A stretch of 64,000 nucleotides of DNA from an uncultured delta proteobacterium (GTDB lineage Bacteria; Myxococcota_A; Polyangia; Polyangiales; Polyangiaceae): positions 1-64,000 of the forward strand of contig CAVQUB010000034.1 in assembly GCA_963716725.1 (NCBI GenBank), given 5' to 3'. Each line of letters begins with the position of its first letter. Position 1 is the stretch's first letter. Below the pieces are notes generated by a model that did not search any database, was not told the origin of the DNA, and worked only from the letters and a program-made list of their open reading frames with translations. Positions 19,813 to 29,088 of this stretch are shown here, piece by piece. A program made the translations under genes and the position numbers.

Positions 19813-20265
19813 ATGTCCCCGCGTCGCCTGGTCTGCCTCGCCCTCGCGCTGCCTCTCGTCGGCTGCCCGAGCAAAGAAGCCGAAGATCCCCGCGCGATCT
19901 TGGGCGACTGGACCGAGCACCGCGGCGCCGACGGAACCACCGGCGCGCGCGGCAAGACCCAGCCCCCCTCGACCAAGGACCAAGCCGCGCCGGGCGCGCT
20001 GGCGAGCAAGCTGGAGTGTGAGGCCGCTGCTCGTCGCATTGAGGAGCTGGCGCTGGAGCTCGCGGTGAAAGAAGCCGCAGACGCGCAAGAACGAGCCGAT
20101 CTCGAGCTGCGCAGGAAAAAGATGATCGGCAGCTCGGCCCACGAAGATCGCGTGCGGCTCGGCGGCGAAGAGTGCCTGTCGAGGGACACAGCCAAGAGCG
20201 AGGCCCTGTGCATCGCGCGAGCCCGAAGCGAGCTCGACGTGGACCGCTGCGCCGAGTCTCGGTGA
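19813..20265 (+). CDS. Hypothetical lipoprotein
   Basis: MSPRRLVCLALALPLVGC lipobox; helical domain with 4 Cys. Confidence 0.7.
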   Translation: MSPRRLVCLALALPLVGCPSKEAEDPRAILGDWTEHRGADGTTGARGKTQPPSTKDQAAPGALASKLECEAAARRIEELALELAVKEAADAQERADLELRRKKMIGSSAHEDRVRLGGEECLSRDTAKSEALCIARARSELDVDRCAESR

Positions 20266-20302
20266 CTCAGGGTCTGATCTCGGCTACGGCAGCACGCGCT
20301 GC

Positions 20303-22138
20303 ATGACGACCCCTGAAGCGACCTCCGACGCGACGCCGATCTATCCGCCCGATCTGCCCGAGCTGACGCTGCGCGCCGTAGCGACCGGCATGGTGTTCGG
20401 AGGCGTGCTGTCGATCTGCAACATCTACGCAGGTCTCAAGATCGGCTGGGGCATGAACATGAGCGTGACGGCGGCCTTGCTGGGCTTCGCGCTGTGGAAG
20501 GCCTTCGAGGTCGTCGGCGCGAAGAACTTCTCGCTGCTCGAATGCAACGTGAACCAGACCGCGGCGTCATCGGCGGCGGCGGTCTCGTCCGCAGGTTTGG
20601 TCGCGCCCATCCCGGCGCTCACCATCATGACGGGCTACGAGTACACCTGGCAGATCCTGGCCGCGTGGACCGCCAGCGTCATGGCGGTGGGCATCGTCGC
20701 GGGCATCGGCCTGCGGCGACAGCTGCTCGTGGTGGACAAACTGCCCTTCCCCGGCGGCCTCGCCTCGGCGGAGACGCTCAAGCAGATGTACGCCAAAGGC
20801 AAGGAGGCCATGGCGCGGGTGCGCATGCTCGGTGCGGGCGCCGTGTTCGCCGGCGTCATGGCGCTGGTGATCGAGTACGCGAAGGTCCCCAAGTGGGCGC
20901 CGGCCATCAGCTGGACCGCGCCGGCGCCGGTGGTGGCCAAGGGCATCTCGAAGATCTCGCTGACCAACCTCAGCTTTGCCTTCGACCCTTCGCCGCTCAT
21001 GGCTGCGGTGGGTGTGCTGGTCGGCTTCCGCGCCGCGGCCTCCTTGTTCCTCGGCTCGGCCATCGCATTCGGCGTGCTCGGCCCCTACGTGCTCGAGCAC
21101 GGTTGGGCGCTGCCGACGGCCAAGATCGCGGAGAAATCCTGGTATACGCCCCTGCTCTCGTGGCTGCTCTGGCCCGGCGTCGCGATGATGGTGAGCTCGT
21201 CGCTCACCTCGCTGGCGTTCTCGTGGCGCTCCATGGTCCGGGCGTTCTTGCCCGGTTCGCGAAACACGCCAGCAGACGGCGAGGATTTGCCGGAGGGCTC
21301 ACGGCTGCGCGACGTGGTGCCCATGAAGTGGTTCTTGGGCGGCATCGTCGTGGCGACGATCCTCGCGACCGCGACTCAAATCGCGTTCTTCGGCATCACC
21401 TGGTGGACCGCCATCTTGGGCGTCCTGCTCACCTTCGTGTTGGCGGTGGTGACCGGGCGCGTGACCGGCGAGACCAACGTCACGCCGGTCGGCGCCATGG
21501 GCAAGGTCACGCAGCTCATGTTCGGCGTGATCCAACCGGGAAACGTCGCGGCAAACCTGATGAGCGCCAACGTCACCGGCGGTGCGGCCTCGCAGTGCGG
21601 CGACCTGCTGCACGACATGAAGACCGGACTCATCTTGGGCGCCTCCCCGCGCCGTCAGGTCGTCGCACAGGTCTTCGGAACCTTGAGCGGCGCACTGGTC
21701 GGTTCGGCGGCATACCTGGTGTTGGTGCGCGACGCGAAGACCATGCTGCTCACGGACGAGTGGCCCGCGCCCGCGGTCGCTTCATGGAAGGCGGTCGCGG
21801 AGCTCTTTGCCAAGGGGCTGTCGGCCATGCCACCAGGGGCCCTCACGGCCATGATGATCGGCGGCGCCGCCGGCGTCGTGCTGGCCATCCTCGAGAAGAA
21901 GCTGCCCCGCCGCCTGGCCCAGTGGGTCCCGAGCCCGTCGAGCATGGGCCTCGGCTTCGTGATCCCGGCCTACCAGGGCTTCTCGATGCTGCTCGGCGCC
22001 ACTGTTGCGCTGTTCGTGCAGAAGAAGAACAAGACCTGGGGCGACCGCTTCTTGATCGTGCTCGCGAGCGGTTTCATCGCCGGCGAGAGCCTCACCGGCG
22101 TCGGCATCGCGCTGCACAAGATGTTCTTCGCGGGCTGA
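20303..22138 (+). CDS. OPT family oligopeptide transporter
   Basis: PELTLRAV...NIYAGLKIGW, ECNVNQTAAS, LPFPGG, GETNVTP, DLLHDMKTG; many TM segments. Confidence 0.93.
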   Translation: MTTPEATSDATPIYPPDLPELTLRAVATGMVFGGVLSICNIYAGLKIGWGMNMSVTAALLGFALWKAFEVVGAKNFSLLECNVNQTAASSAAAVSSAGLVAPIPALTIMTGYEYTWQILAAWTASVMAVGIVAGIGLRRQLLVVDKLPFPGGLASAETLKQMYAKGKEAMARVRMLGAGAVFAGVMALVIEYAKVPKWAPAISWTAPAPVVAKGISKISLTNLSFAFDPSPLMAAVGVLVGFRAAASLFLGSAIAFGVLGPYVLEHGWALPTAKIAEKSWYTPLLSWLLWPGVAMMVSSSLTSLAFSWRSMVRAFLPGSRNTPADGEDLPEGSRLRDVVPMKWFLGGIVVATILATATQIAFFGITWWTAILGVLLTFVLAVVTGRVTGETNVTPVGAMGKVTQLMFGVIQPGNVAANLMSANVTGGAASQCGDLLHDMKTGLILGASPRRQVVAQVFGTLSGALVGSAAYLVLVRDAKTMLLTDEWPAPAVASWKAVAELFAKGLSAMPPGALTAMMIGGAAGVVLAILEKKLPRRLAQWVPSPSSMGLGFVIPAYQGFSMLLGATVALFVQKKNKTWGDRFLIVLASGFIAGESLTGVGIALHKMFFAG

Positions 22139-22144
22139 CGCGCC

Positions 22145-22675
22145 TCAGGGTTTGGTCGCCGTGACCGTGTACTCGCTGGTGTGTTTGTCCATGCACCAGC
22201 CGCCGATACTGGTGGCGCTGCCGCTGGCCGTGGTGCCGGAGAAGGTCAGCGACATGCTCCAGTCGTCACACTGCTGTTCGCCGGAGAAACACCACGTCCG
22301 CGCATAGTCGACGCTCAGCGTGCAGGTCGCGGCGTCGAAGGTCCCGACGGCTTCGATGAGCTCCGGGCCTGCGTCGGCGCCGCCGTCGGCCGGCGGCATG
22401 CACGTGTCTTTCGGCTCGGCGCGGTCCAGGAAGGTGACCTTCAGCGCATCGCTGCCAGCGTCGAGGGCGGTCTCGATCTTCACCTGATCGACCTGCGGGG
22501 TGCCGGCCTCGGCCTGAAAGGTCCACGTCCAGTCGCCTGTTGGATCGCAGGGCCCCGCCTCGACGGGCGCGTCGACTCCGGCATCCGTGTTCGAGGCGTC
22601 GACGCCGGGGTCGCCGGCTGCGTTTTCGCCGCCGCACCCGACCAAAAGCACACAGAGAATCAGAGCAGCTCGCAT
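22145..22675 (-). CDS. Hypothetical lipoprotein
   Basis: MRAALILCVLLVGC lipobox; DAG-rich tether. Confidence 0.75.
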   Translation of the reverse strand: MRAALILCVLLVGCGGENAAGDPGVDASNTDAGVDAPVEAGPCDPTGDWTWTFQAEAGTPQVDQVKIETALDAGSDALKVTFLDRAEPKDTCMPPADGGADAGPELIEAVGTFDAATCTLSVDYARTWCFSGEQQCDDWSMSLTFSGTTASGSATSIGGWCMDKHTSEYTVTATKP

Positions 22676-22734
22676 GAAAGCCCGTGTTAGCAAGGCCCGG
22701 GCCACGGGCGGTGGCACAGGCTGACACTAGGCCT

Positions 22735-23886
22735 TCAGCGCTTTCGAACCTCGTCCACGCTCTCGACGAAGCGCACGATCTCGTCGTCCGTCGTGTAGAA
22801 ATGCGGGCTGGCGCGGATGCCGCAACGCGGCCGGTAGTCGTGCAGCATGTCCCGGGCCAGGAGCGCGCGGCTCACGGCCTCGGCCCCGTCGAAGTCGAAG
22901 CAGATGGTGCCGCCGCGCTCTTGGTCCTTCTCCGGCGTGTTCACCTGAAATCCGCGATCGCGCACCAGCGACCGCAGCAGCGTGGTCTGGCGCAGCGACT
23001 TCTCGCGGATGTTCTCGACGCCCGCCTCGAGAATGATCTCCCAGCCCGCGCGCGCGGTGTAGAGGGCCGGGATGGCCGGTGTGCCTCCGACCATGCGCCA
23101 GTGATCCTCGGCGTAGACCACGGGCCCAGGCTCGAAGGCGAAGGGGCGCGCGTGGCCGAACCAGCCCGTGCTGGCGGGACGCAGCGTGCCCCGAAGCTTC
23201 GGGTTCACGTAGAGGTAGGCGCAGCCCGGGCCGCCGCAAGCCCACTTCACGCTGCCGCCACAGGCCATGTCCACGCCCCATTCGGCGAGCGACAGCGGGA
23301 GGGTGCCGGCGGCCTGATAGACGTCGAGCAGCACCAGGGCGCCGACGGAGTGCGCCTTCTTCACGATGGCGGCCACGTCCTTCACGCCGCTGGAGCGGAA
23401 GAGCACGTGGCTCACGGGCACGATCAGCGTGCGCTCGTCGATGGCGTCGAGCAGCGCCTCCATCGGGGCGTGAATGCCGTCGCTCTTCACCACCACCACA
23501 TCCGCTCCGCGGCGACGCTGCTCCTGCCACACGTAGTCCACGGTGGAGAAGTTCATATCCGTGTAGACGACCTTGTTGCGGGGCGCAGCGAAGTCGAAGC
23601 ACGAGGCCACCATGGCCTGGATGGTGGATACGTTCTGGTTGATCGTGACCGAGCCTGGCTCGACCCCGAGCACCTGCCCGATCAGATCGCCGACGGCGCC
23701 GACCTCGGGCAGCCAGTGACGGCTCCACGCCTCGATCGAGTCGTCTTGCCACTGGTCCATGAAGCTCAGCACGCGGTCGCGCGCGCGGCGAGGCATCGCG
23801 CCGAGCGAGTGGCTGATCAGATGGGTCTTCTTCTCCAGCGTGGGGAACTCGCTGCGGAAGGCGAGCAGACGCGCTTCGTCGGACAT
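22735..23886 (-). CDS. PLP-dependent class V aminotransferase, kynureninase-like
   Basis: FRSEFP...HLISHSLGAMP, LDVYQAAG, GGSVKWACGGPG (PLP Lys), GWFGH, RASPHFY. Confidence 0.85.
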   Translation of the reverse strand: MSDEARLLAFRSEFPTLEKKTHLISHSLGAMPRRARDRVLSFMDQWQDDSIEAWSRHWLPEVGAVGDLIGQVLGVEPGSVTINQNVSTIQAMVASCFDFAAPRNKVVYTDMNFSTVDYVWQEQRRRGADVVVVKSDGIHAPMEALLDAIDERTLIVPVSHVLFRSSGVKDVAAIVKKAHSVGALVLLDVYQAAGTLPLSLAEWGVDMACGGSVKWACGGPGCAYLYVNPKLRGTLRPASTGWFGHARPFAFEPGPVVYAEDHWRMVGGTPAIPALYTARAGWEIILEAGVENIREKSLRQTTLLRSLVRDRGFQVNTPEKDQERGGTICFDFDGAEAVSRALLARDMLHDYRPRCGIRASPHFYTTDDEIVRFVESVDEVRKR

Positions 23887-23906
23887 GGCCCGCGAAGTCT
23901 AGCGCT

Positions 23907-25274
23907 TCAGGCGCGAGCGCGCGTGATGATCTCCGACACCGAGGGCGCAGCCGAGAGTCCGTCGAGCAGCCGATCGGCAGGGCAGCGCCCGGCCTCGACC
24001 AGCGCCTCGAGCTTCGAGAGGTGGATGGTCTCGTCTTGCCCCGAGGCGTTCTTCCGGGCTCGGGCCGTGAGCCCGGACTTGGCGATGTCCACGAGCTCGA
24101 CGGCAAGATCGCGGGCACTGCGCCGCCCAATGGACGCGCCCAGCCCAATCCGAATCAGCTCGGGACGCGCGGCTTCGACCTCGTCGAAGCTGAACGTCGC
24201 CGCCAGCTCCCGGACGCGAGAGAACGCCGCGTCGTCGTAAAGCAGCCCGGTGTAGAGCGCCGGCACCGAGCAGACGAGATCGGTGGGCAGCGAGTCGCAG
24301 GGCCGCACCTCGAAGGTGCTCTTGATCCGCGCCTCGGGGAACAGCGTGTTCACGTGGAGCTTCCAGTCCGCGAAGGTGGCGTGGTGCCCTTCGAAGCCGT
24401 TCGCCATGAAATCTCGGAAGGTCTGCCCCGTGTTGGCGACGACCTTGCCATCACGCTTGATCAAGAACATGCCCGCGTCGAGCGCCCACTCGACGTAGTC
24501 GCGGTAGCGGAGATCGCGCTTCTGCCAGAGCGCAGGGATCAAGCCCGAGCGGCTCGGATCCATGCTCAGCCAGACCTCACCTCGCACGCTCTTCTTGCCC
24601 GCCGCGCGCCCCTCCTTGAAGGGCGAGTTCGCCGTCATCGCGTTGATCAGCGGAGCGAACACCAAGCTCACCCGGAGCTTGTTCATGGCGTCAGCTTCGT
24701 CGCTGAAGTCCAGATTTGCCTGCACCGTCGCCGTGCGCCGCATCATGTCCAGCGCGCCGGCGCCCACCGTCGGAAGGTAGCGCTGCATGATGGCGTAGCG
24801 TTGCTTGGGCACCCAGGGCAGATCTTCTTGGCGCGCGAAGGGGTGAAAGCCCACGCCAAGCCACGCCAGTCCCATCTCGGCGGTGATGGTCTCGAGCTCG
24901 GCCATGTGCAGGTGGATCTCGTCGCAGCTCGCGTGAATGTCGTCCGCGGGCGCGCCGGAGAGCTCGAGCTGCGCGCCCGGCTCGAGCGTGATCGAGGCCA
25001 GCCCGCGCGTGAGCGAGATGACGGGCCCGCCCTGGGTCTCGCTCACGGGAGCCCAGCCATGGGCGTTTGCGAGGGCCTCGAGCACACGCAACACTCCGTG
25101 CTCACCGTCGTAAGCCAGGGGCCTGCCGGCCTTGGTGCCCACGCCGAACTTCTCGACTTCGATACCGACCCGGTGCTCGGACTTCGGCTTCTCGACCGAA
25201 CGGAAGACCTCCTCGAGCTCGTCGAGCTCGGTTACGGGTCGGTCGGCGGCGGGGTCGTGGTCGCTCTGGCCCAT
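23907..25274 (-). CDS. gshA: Glutamate--cysteine ligase (GCS2 family)
   Basis: GIEVEK, ITLEPGAQLELSG, VPKQRYAIM, MMRRTATVQANLDF, ANSPF, TLFPEAR, EVR. Confidence 0.92.
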   Translation of the reverse strand: MGQSDHDPAADRPVTELDELEEVFRSVEKPKSEHRVGIEVEKFGVGTKAGRPLAYDGEHGVLRVLEALANAHGWAPVSETQGGPVISLTRGLASITLEPGAQLELSGAPADDIHASCDEIHLHMAELETITAEMGLAWLGVGFHPFARQEDLPWVPKQRYAIMQRYLPTVGAGALDMMRRTATVQANLDFSDEADAMNKLRVSLVFAPLINAMTANSPFKEGRAAGKKSVRGEVWLSMDPSRSGLIPALWQKRDLRYRDYVEWALDAGMFLIKRDGKVVANTGQTFRDFMANGFEGHHATFADWKLHVNTLFPEARIKSTFEVRPCDSLPTDLVCSVPALYTGLLYDDAAFSRVRELAATFSFDEVEAARPELIRIGLGASIGRRSARDLAVELVDIAKSGLTARARKNASGQDETIHLSKLEALVEAGRCPADRLLDGLSAAPSVSEIITRARA

Positions 25275-25373
25275 GGCTCGATTACGGCGTTATCGCACGC
25301 CGAGTATCACACCCCGGTCCGCCCGGCGAGATGAGCATGTAAGGCGGAGCAACGGCAATTGGAAGGGGGACGG

Positions 25374-26063
25374 TCAGTGGTTCAGAACCGTCAACATCAG
25401 GCCCAGCGAGAAGGTGGACGCGGTGATGTCCCCCGCATCGTTCTTCTTCTGGGTGATGCCCCCGCCCGCACGGATGAGCCCCCCGACGGCCCACTCGTCC
25501 GCGACCCAGGCGTCGTATCCGGCCCAGGCCGCGCCGCCGATCCCGGTCAGCGTCTCGGCCTCGCCTTCGGTCTTCAGATCACCCACTCCGAGGGCAGCGA
25601 GCCCCACGGCTCCTCCCAAGTGGAAGCCGCCCTTGGGATCGAAGAAGCCGTCGACGAAGGCGCCCAACAGCGAGAAGCGCAGATTGGTGTCGCTCAGCGA
25701 GCGGCCGTCTTGTTCGACGCCGTGGGAGACGCCGGCCTCGTTGAGCAACGCCCCGCCGATGGCGAGCCCCTTGGCGGGAGTGCCGCCGACCAACACGTCG
25801 AGGGCGAGCGTGCCGCCGTGGGACTCGGCGGAGACTTGCCCGAGATCGTAGCTGTTGCCGAGGGCGCCGACGCCGAGGTTCACACGCAGGTAGAAGCCCT
25901 CGTGAACGTGATGGGTGCGCTCGACGGGCGGCGGCTGTGCCGGAACGCCAAGGTCTATCTTGGGGCGCGACTCCTCCACGGCCGGCTCCGCCGCGTGCGT
26001 CAACGCAGGCGCAAGCCCGAGGAGGAGCCCGCAAGAAACGCCCACCACCAGCCTGGCCGTCAT
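25374..26063 (-). CDS. Outer-membrane beta-barrel protein
   Basis: Signal peptide ending THA; HEGFYLRVNLGVG; alternating amphipathic strands. Confidence 0.75.
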   Translation of the reverse strand: MTARLVVGVSCGLLLGLAPALTHAAEPAVEESRPKIDLGVPAQPPPVERTHHVHEGFYLRVNLGVGALGNSYDLGQVSAESHGGTLALDVLVGGTPAKGLAIGGALLNEAGVSHGVEQDGRSLSDTNLRFSLLGAFVDGFFDPKGGFHLGGAVGLAALGVGDLKTEGEAETLTGIGGAAWAGYDAWVADEWAVGGLIRAGGGITQKKNDAGDITASTFSLGLMLTVLNH

Positions 26064-26149
26064 GGCCGCTTGGTTTAGCAGAACAAGGCCGCGGATCAAC
26101 GGGCGGCAAAGGCCTTTGCACCGCGGCCGGGAGGTATCAGACTCGGACC

Positions 26150-26749
26150 ATGACATTCGGTCGCGTGTTCCTGGTGCTGGCTTCGGTTTCGTGCGTCTCG
26201 CTCGGCGGTTGCGGGGGGCCGCAGGCGGTGCGCGGCGACCAGGTTCAGGGGCTCGACGACGAGGCCATGAGCACAGGCCTCGACAAGCGCGATCTTCAGA
26301 AGATGCTCGAAGAGAACATGAAGGCCATGCAGGCCTCGGCCGTCGTGCAACGCTGGACGAAGGAGAACCGGCCGACCCTGGCCGTGATGCCGCTCAAGAA
26401 CGAGACCAGCGAGCACGTGGACGCGGCCCTGGACTCGCTCCTGAGCGACATCGAAACGACGCTGGTCAACGCGGGGCACGTTCAGGTGGTCAGCCTGGAG
26501 CGTCAGCCGCAGATTGTGGAAGAAGTGCGCCGTCAGTACTCGGACGCCTTCGATCCGTCGGCGGTCGCCCGCTGGGGCAAGCAGATCGGCGCCAAGTACT
26601 TCGTGACCGGCAAGGTCTTCAGCTCCGACGAACGCCAGGACGAGGAGCGCCGCGTGCAGTACTTCTTGTTCCTCCAGGTCCTGGACGCCGAGACGGGGGC
26701 CATTCTCTTTCAACACAAGAGCGGGCTGACCAAGGCCATCGTGAAGTGA
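26150..26749 (+). CDS. Penicillin-binding protein activator LpoB-family lipoprotein
   Basis: LGGC lipobox; TGLDKRDL, AVMPLKNETSEH, GKQIGAKYFVTG, LDAETGAIL. Confidence 0.75.
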   Translation: MTFGRVFLVLASVSCVSLGGCGGPQAVRGDQVQGLDDEAMSTGLDKRDLQKMLEENMKAMQASAVVQRWTKENRPTLAVMPLKNETSEHVDAALDSLLSDIETTLVNAGHVQVVSLERQPQIVEEVRRQYSDAFDPSAVARWGKQIGAKYFVTGKVFSSDERQDEERRVQYFLFLQVLDAETGAILFQHKSGLTKAIVK

Positions 26750-26756
26750 CCGATCG

Positions 26757-28184
26757 ATGACCTCGCGCTGGCGCGCTCCGACGGTGCTGTTTGCCGCCAC
26801 GCTGACGCTGGCCGGCTGCGCCAGCCACTCCGATCGCACCAAAGAGGCACGCAGCGCTCTCGACGCCGGCCAACCCAAGCGCGCCCTCGAGCTCTACAAC
26901 GAGGCGCTCGAGGTCGATGGCGCCGAGCAGCTGCCCAAGGAAATCTCCGGCGACAAGATCCTGTTCGTGCTCGACCGCGCGATCGTGCTCCAGCAGCTCG
27001 ATCGATACGAGCTTTCGAGCCGCGATCTCCAGATCGCCGACAAGCAGATCGAAGTGCTCGACCTGTCGCGCGGTGCGGGCGCGGATCTGGGCCGCTATCT
27101 GTTCTCGGACGACACCGGCCCCTATCGCGCGCCGGCCTACGAGAAGCTGATGATCAACACCATGAACATGGTGAACTACTTGGTGCGCGCGGATCTGAAT
27201 GGCGGCCGCATCGAGGCGCGACGCCTGTCGGTGATGCAGAAATACCTCGCCGATCGCAAGGATCCGAGCCTGAGCCTGCTCGGCCCGGGCAGCTACCTCT
27301 CGGGCTTCGTGTTCGAGAAGAGCGGGCGTGCGCAGGAAGCGCTCCGCTACTACGACGAGGCCCTTCAGTACGGGCAGTACCGTTCACTGCATGAGCCGGT
27401 GCGCCGCCTGGCGGAGTCGGCCTCGTTCCGCTCGCCGCGCATCCGAGCCATCTTGGGCAACGCGGATCCGAAGCTCGCACCGCCGACCCCGCCGCCCGTT
27501 CCTGAAGACGAGAAGAGCGCTCCCGAACGAAGCGATCCGCCAGCGCCAGCAAAGGCAACTCCGCCGGACACGAGCGAGCTCGCCGAGGTGTTGGTGATCG
27601 TCAGCTTCGGCCGCGTGCCGGCCAAGATCGCCAAGCGCGTCCCCATCGGTCTCGCGCTGACCTGGGTCTCGGGCAGCCTCTCACCCCACGACCAAAATCA
27701 GGCGAGCGCGTTGGCGGCTCAAGGTCTGGTCACGTGGGTGAACTACCCGGAGCTGGGCAAGGCCCGAGGAAAGTACGAGATCCCACAGTTTGCCGTGGAC
27801 GGTCGTTGGCAGAAGCTCGAGGGCATCGTCGCCGTCGATCGCGAGGCCGACCTCGCCTGGCAGAGCGCCAAGGGTGCCATCGTCGGAAGCGCGATCACCC
27901 GGCTCATCACCCGCATCGCCGCGGGCGAGGTGGTACGGCGCGGCTCCGGCGGCGGCGCGCTTGGCATGCTGCTCAGCCTGGGCACTCAGGCCTCGATGGT
28001 CGCCGCCGACACACCCGACACGCGGAGCTGGTCGACGCTGCCCGCGCGCATGGCCTTCGGCCGGGTTTGGCTGCCGCCGGGCACCCACTCCATTTGGCTG
28101 GGGGCCCGCGGAGTGGGCAAGACCCAGCGCGTCAGCCTGAAGAAGGGCGGATACGCGGTGGTCAACCTGACCGTGCTGCACTGA
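26757..28184 (+). CDS. COG3014-like TPR lipoprotein
   Basis: LAGC lipobox; YRAPAYEKLMIN, ARIEARR-like, DTRSWSTLP; usual neighbour of LpoB-like genes. Confidence 0.75.
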   Translation: MTSRWRAPTVLFAATLTLAGCASHSDRTKEARSALDAGQPKRALELYNEALEVDGAEQLPKEISGDKILFVLDRAIVLQQLDRYELSSRDLQIADKQIEVLDLSRGAGADLGRYLFSDDTGPYRAPAYEKLMINTMNMVNYLVRADLNGGRIEARRLSVMQKYLADRKDPSLSLLGPGSYLSGFVFEKSGRAQEALRYYDEALQYGQYRSLHEPVRRLAESASFRSPRIRAILGNADPKLAPPTPPPVPEDEKSAPERSDPPAPAKATPPDTSELAEVLVIVSFGRVPAKIAKRVPIGLALTWVSGSLSPHDQNQASALAAQGLVTWVNYPELGKARGKYEIPQFAVDGRWQKLEGIVAVDREADLAWQSAKGAIVGSAITRLITRIAAGEVVRRGSGGGALGMLLSLGTQASMVAADTPDTRSWSTLPARMAFGRVWLPPGTHSIWLGARGVGKTQRVSLKKGGYAVVNLTVLH

Positions 28185-28190
28185 CGGGGC

Positions 28191-29087
28191 TCAACGCCGC
28201 GCTGGGACGGAGGGGTGGAGCGCCGTCAGCTCTTCCATGAGAGCGCTGGTGAACTCCTCGGTGGTGCCTGCGCCGCCGCCGATGATGCGCGCACCCGCGC
28301 TGTCCAGCTCCAGGGCGCGCGCGCCCCAGGGCGCCGGATCGACCCCGGAGGTTGGGAACCCCCGCACGCTGTCGGGCCCCGCCGAGAGCAAGATGCCGGG
28401 CACCACCGTGGCTCCGATCTCGTGACATTGACTCAGCAGCGCCAGGCCGTCGTCGATGCTCGACACCTCGAACAGCACGGCCGAGGCGCCGGCCGCTCGC
28501 AAATCGTCGCAGAGTTCGCTCAGGCGACCGCCGTGGGTCAGCTGCCCGCCGGGCAGACACTCGACGACCGCCCAGGTGGGAAGCTCGGTGTGCGCGGCGG
28601 CGGCCACCGCCGCCGTCAACTCGAGGCGCGACCCTTGTCCCCGGGCCAGGATCAACTCGACGCCAGCGGCCGCGATGCGCGTCGCATGTTCGACGAGCTC
28701 CTCACTCATGCGGTGAGGTTGAAGCGCCGCGACCATCTCGCTGCCGAGCACCCCAGCCACCGCCACGGGCTTGTCGGCGGCGTGCGCGGCCTCGAGCGCC
28801 AGCTCGACTGCGATGCCGGTGAGCAGCGCAGATCGGTGCTCCATTCCGACTTCGGCCAAAGCCCGAGGAGTGGTGTCGGCAGTGAGCGCCGTCAGGATGG
28901 TGACGTGGCTCTGTACTTCGGCGCGGTGGTGCGCGAGCACGCTGTCGGGTCGGCTCCTGAGCAGCCTCCCCACCGCTCCTGGCGAATCGATGGCGGCGCC
29001 GCGGGTGCGGAAGCACGCACCCGTGTCGGCGTCGATCACCAAGGGTCGACCTGAAGTCAGGCGCGGGCGAACCTGCTCGAAGCTCAC
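28191..29087 (-). CDS. Homocysteine S-methyltransferase-fold protein lacking Zn-ligand cysteines
   Basis: PLVIDADTG, VLAHHRA, VAGVLG, GVELIL, GARIIGGGAGTT (family normally IIGGCCGT); GTG start inferred. Confidence 0.7.
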   Translation of the reverse strand: MSFEQVRPRLTSGRPLVIDADTGACFRTRGAAIDSPGAVGRLLRSRPDSVLAHHRAEVQSHVTILTALTADTTPRALAEVGMEHRSALLTGIAVELALEAAHAADKPVAVAGVLGSEMVAALQPHRMSEELVEHATRIAAAGVELILARGQGSRLELTAAVAAAAHTELPTWAVVECLPGGQLTHGGRLSELCDDLRAAGASAVLFEVSSIDDGLALLSQCHEIGATVVPGILLSAGPDSVRGFPTSGVDPAPWGARALELDSAGARIIGGGAGTTEEFTSALMEELTALHPSVPARR

Positions 29088-29088
29088 G

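Noticed and set aside
22735..25274. Complete ergothioneine or glutathione biosynthesis cluster
   Set aside because: No egtB/egtC/egtD or gshB seen, and the PLP enzyme motifs look closer to kynureninase. Left as a low-interest hypothesis.
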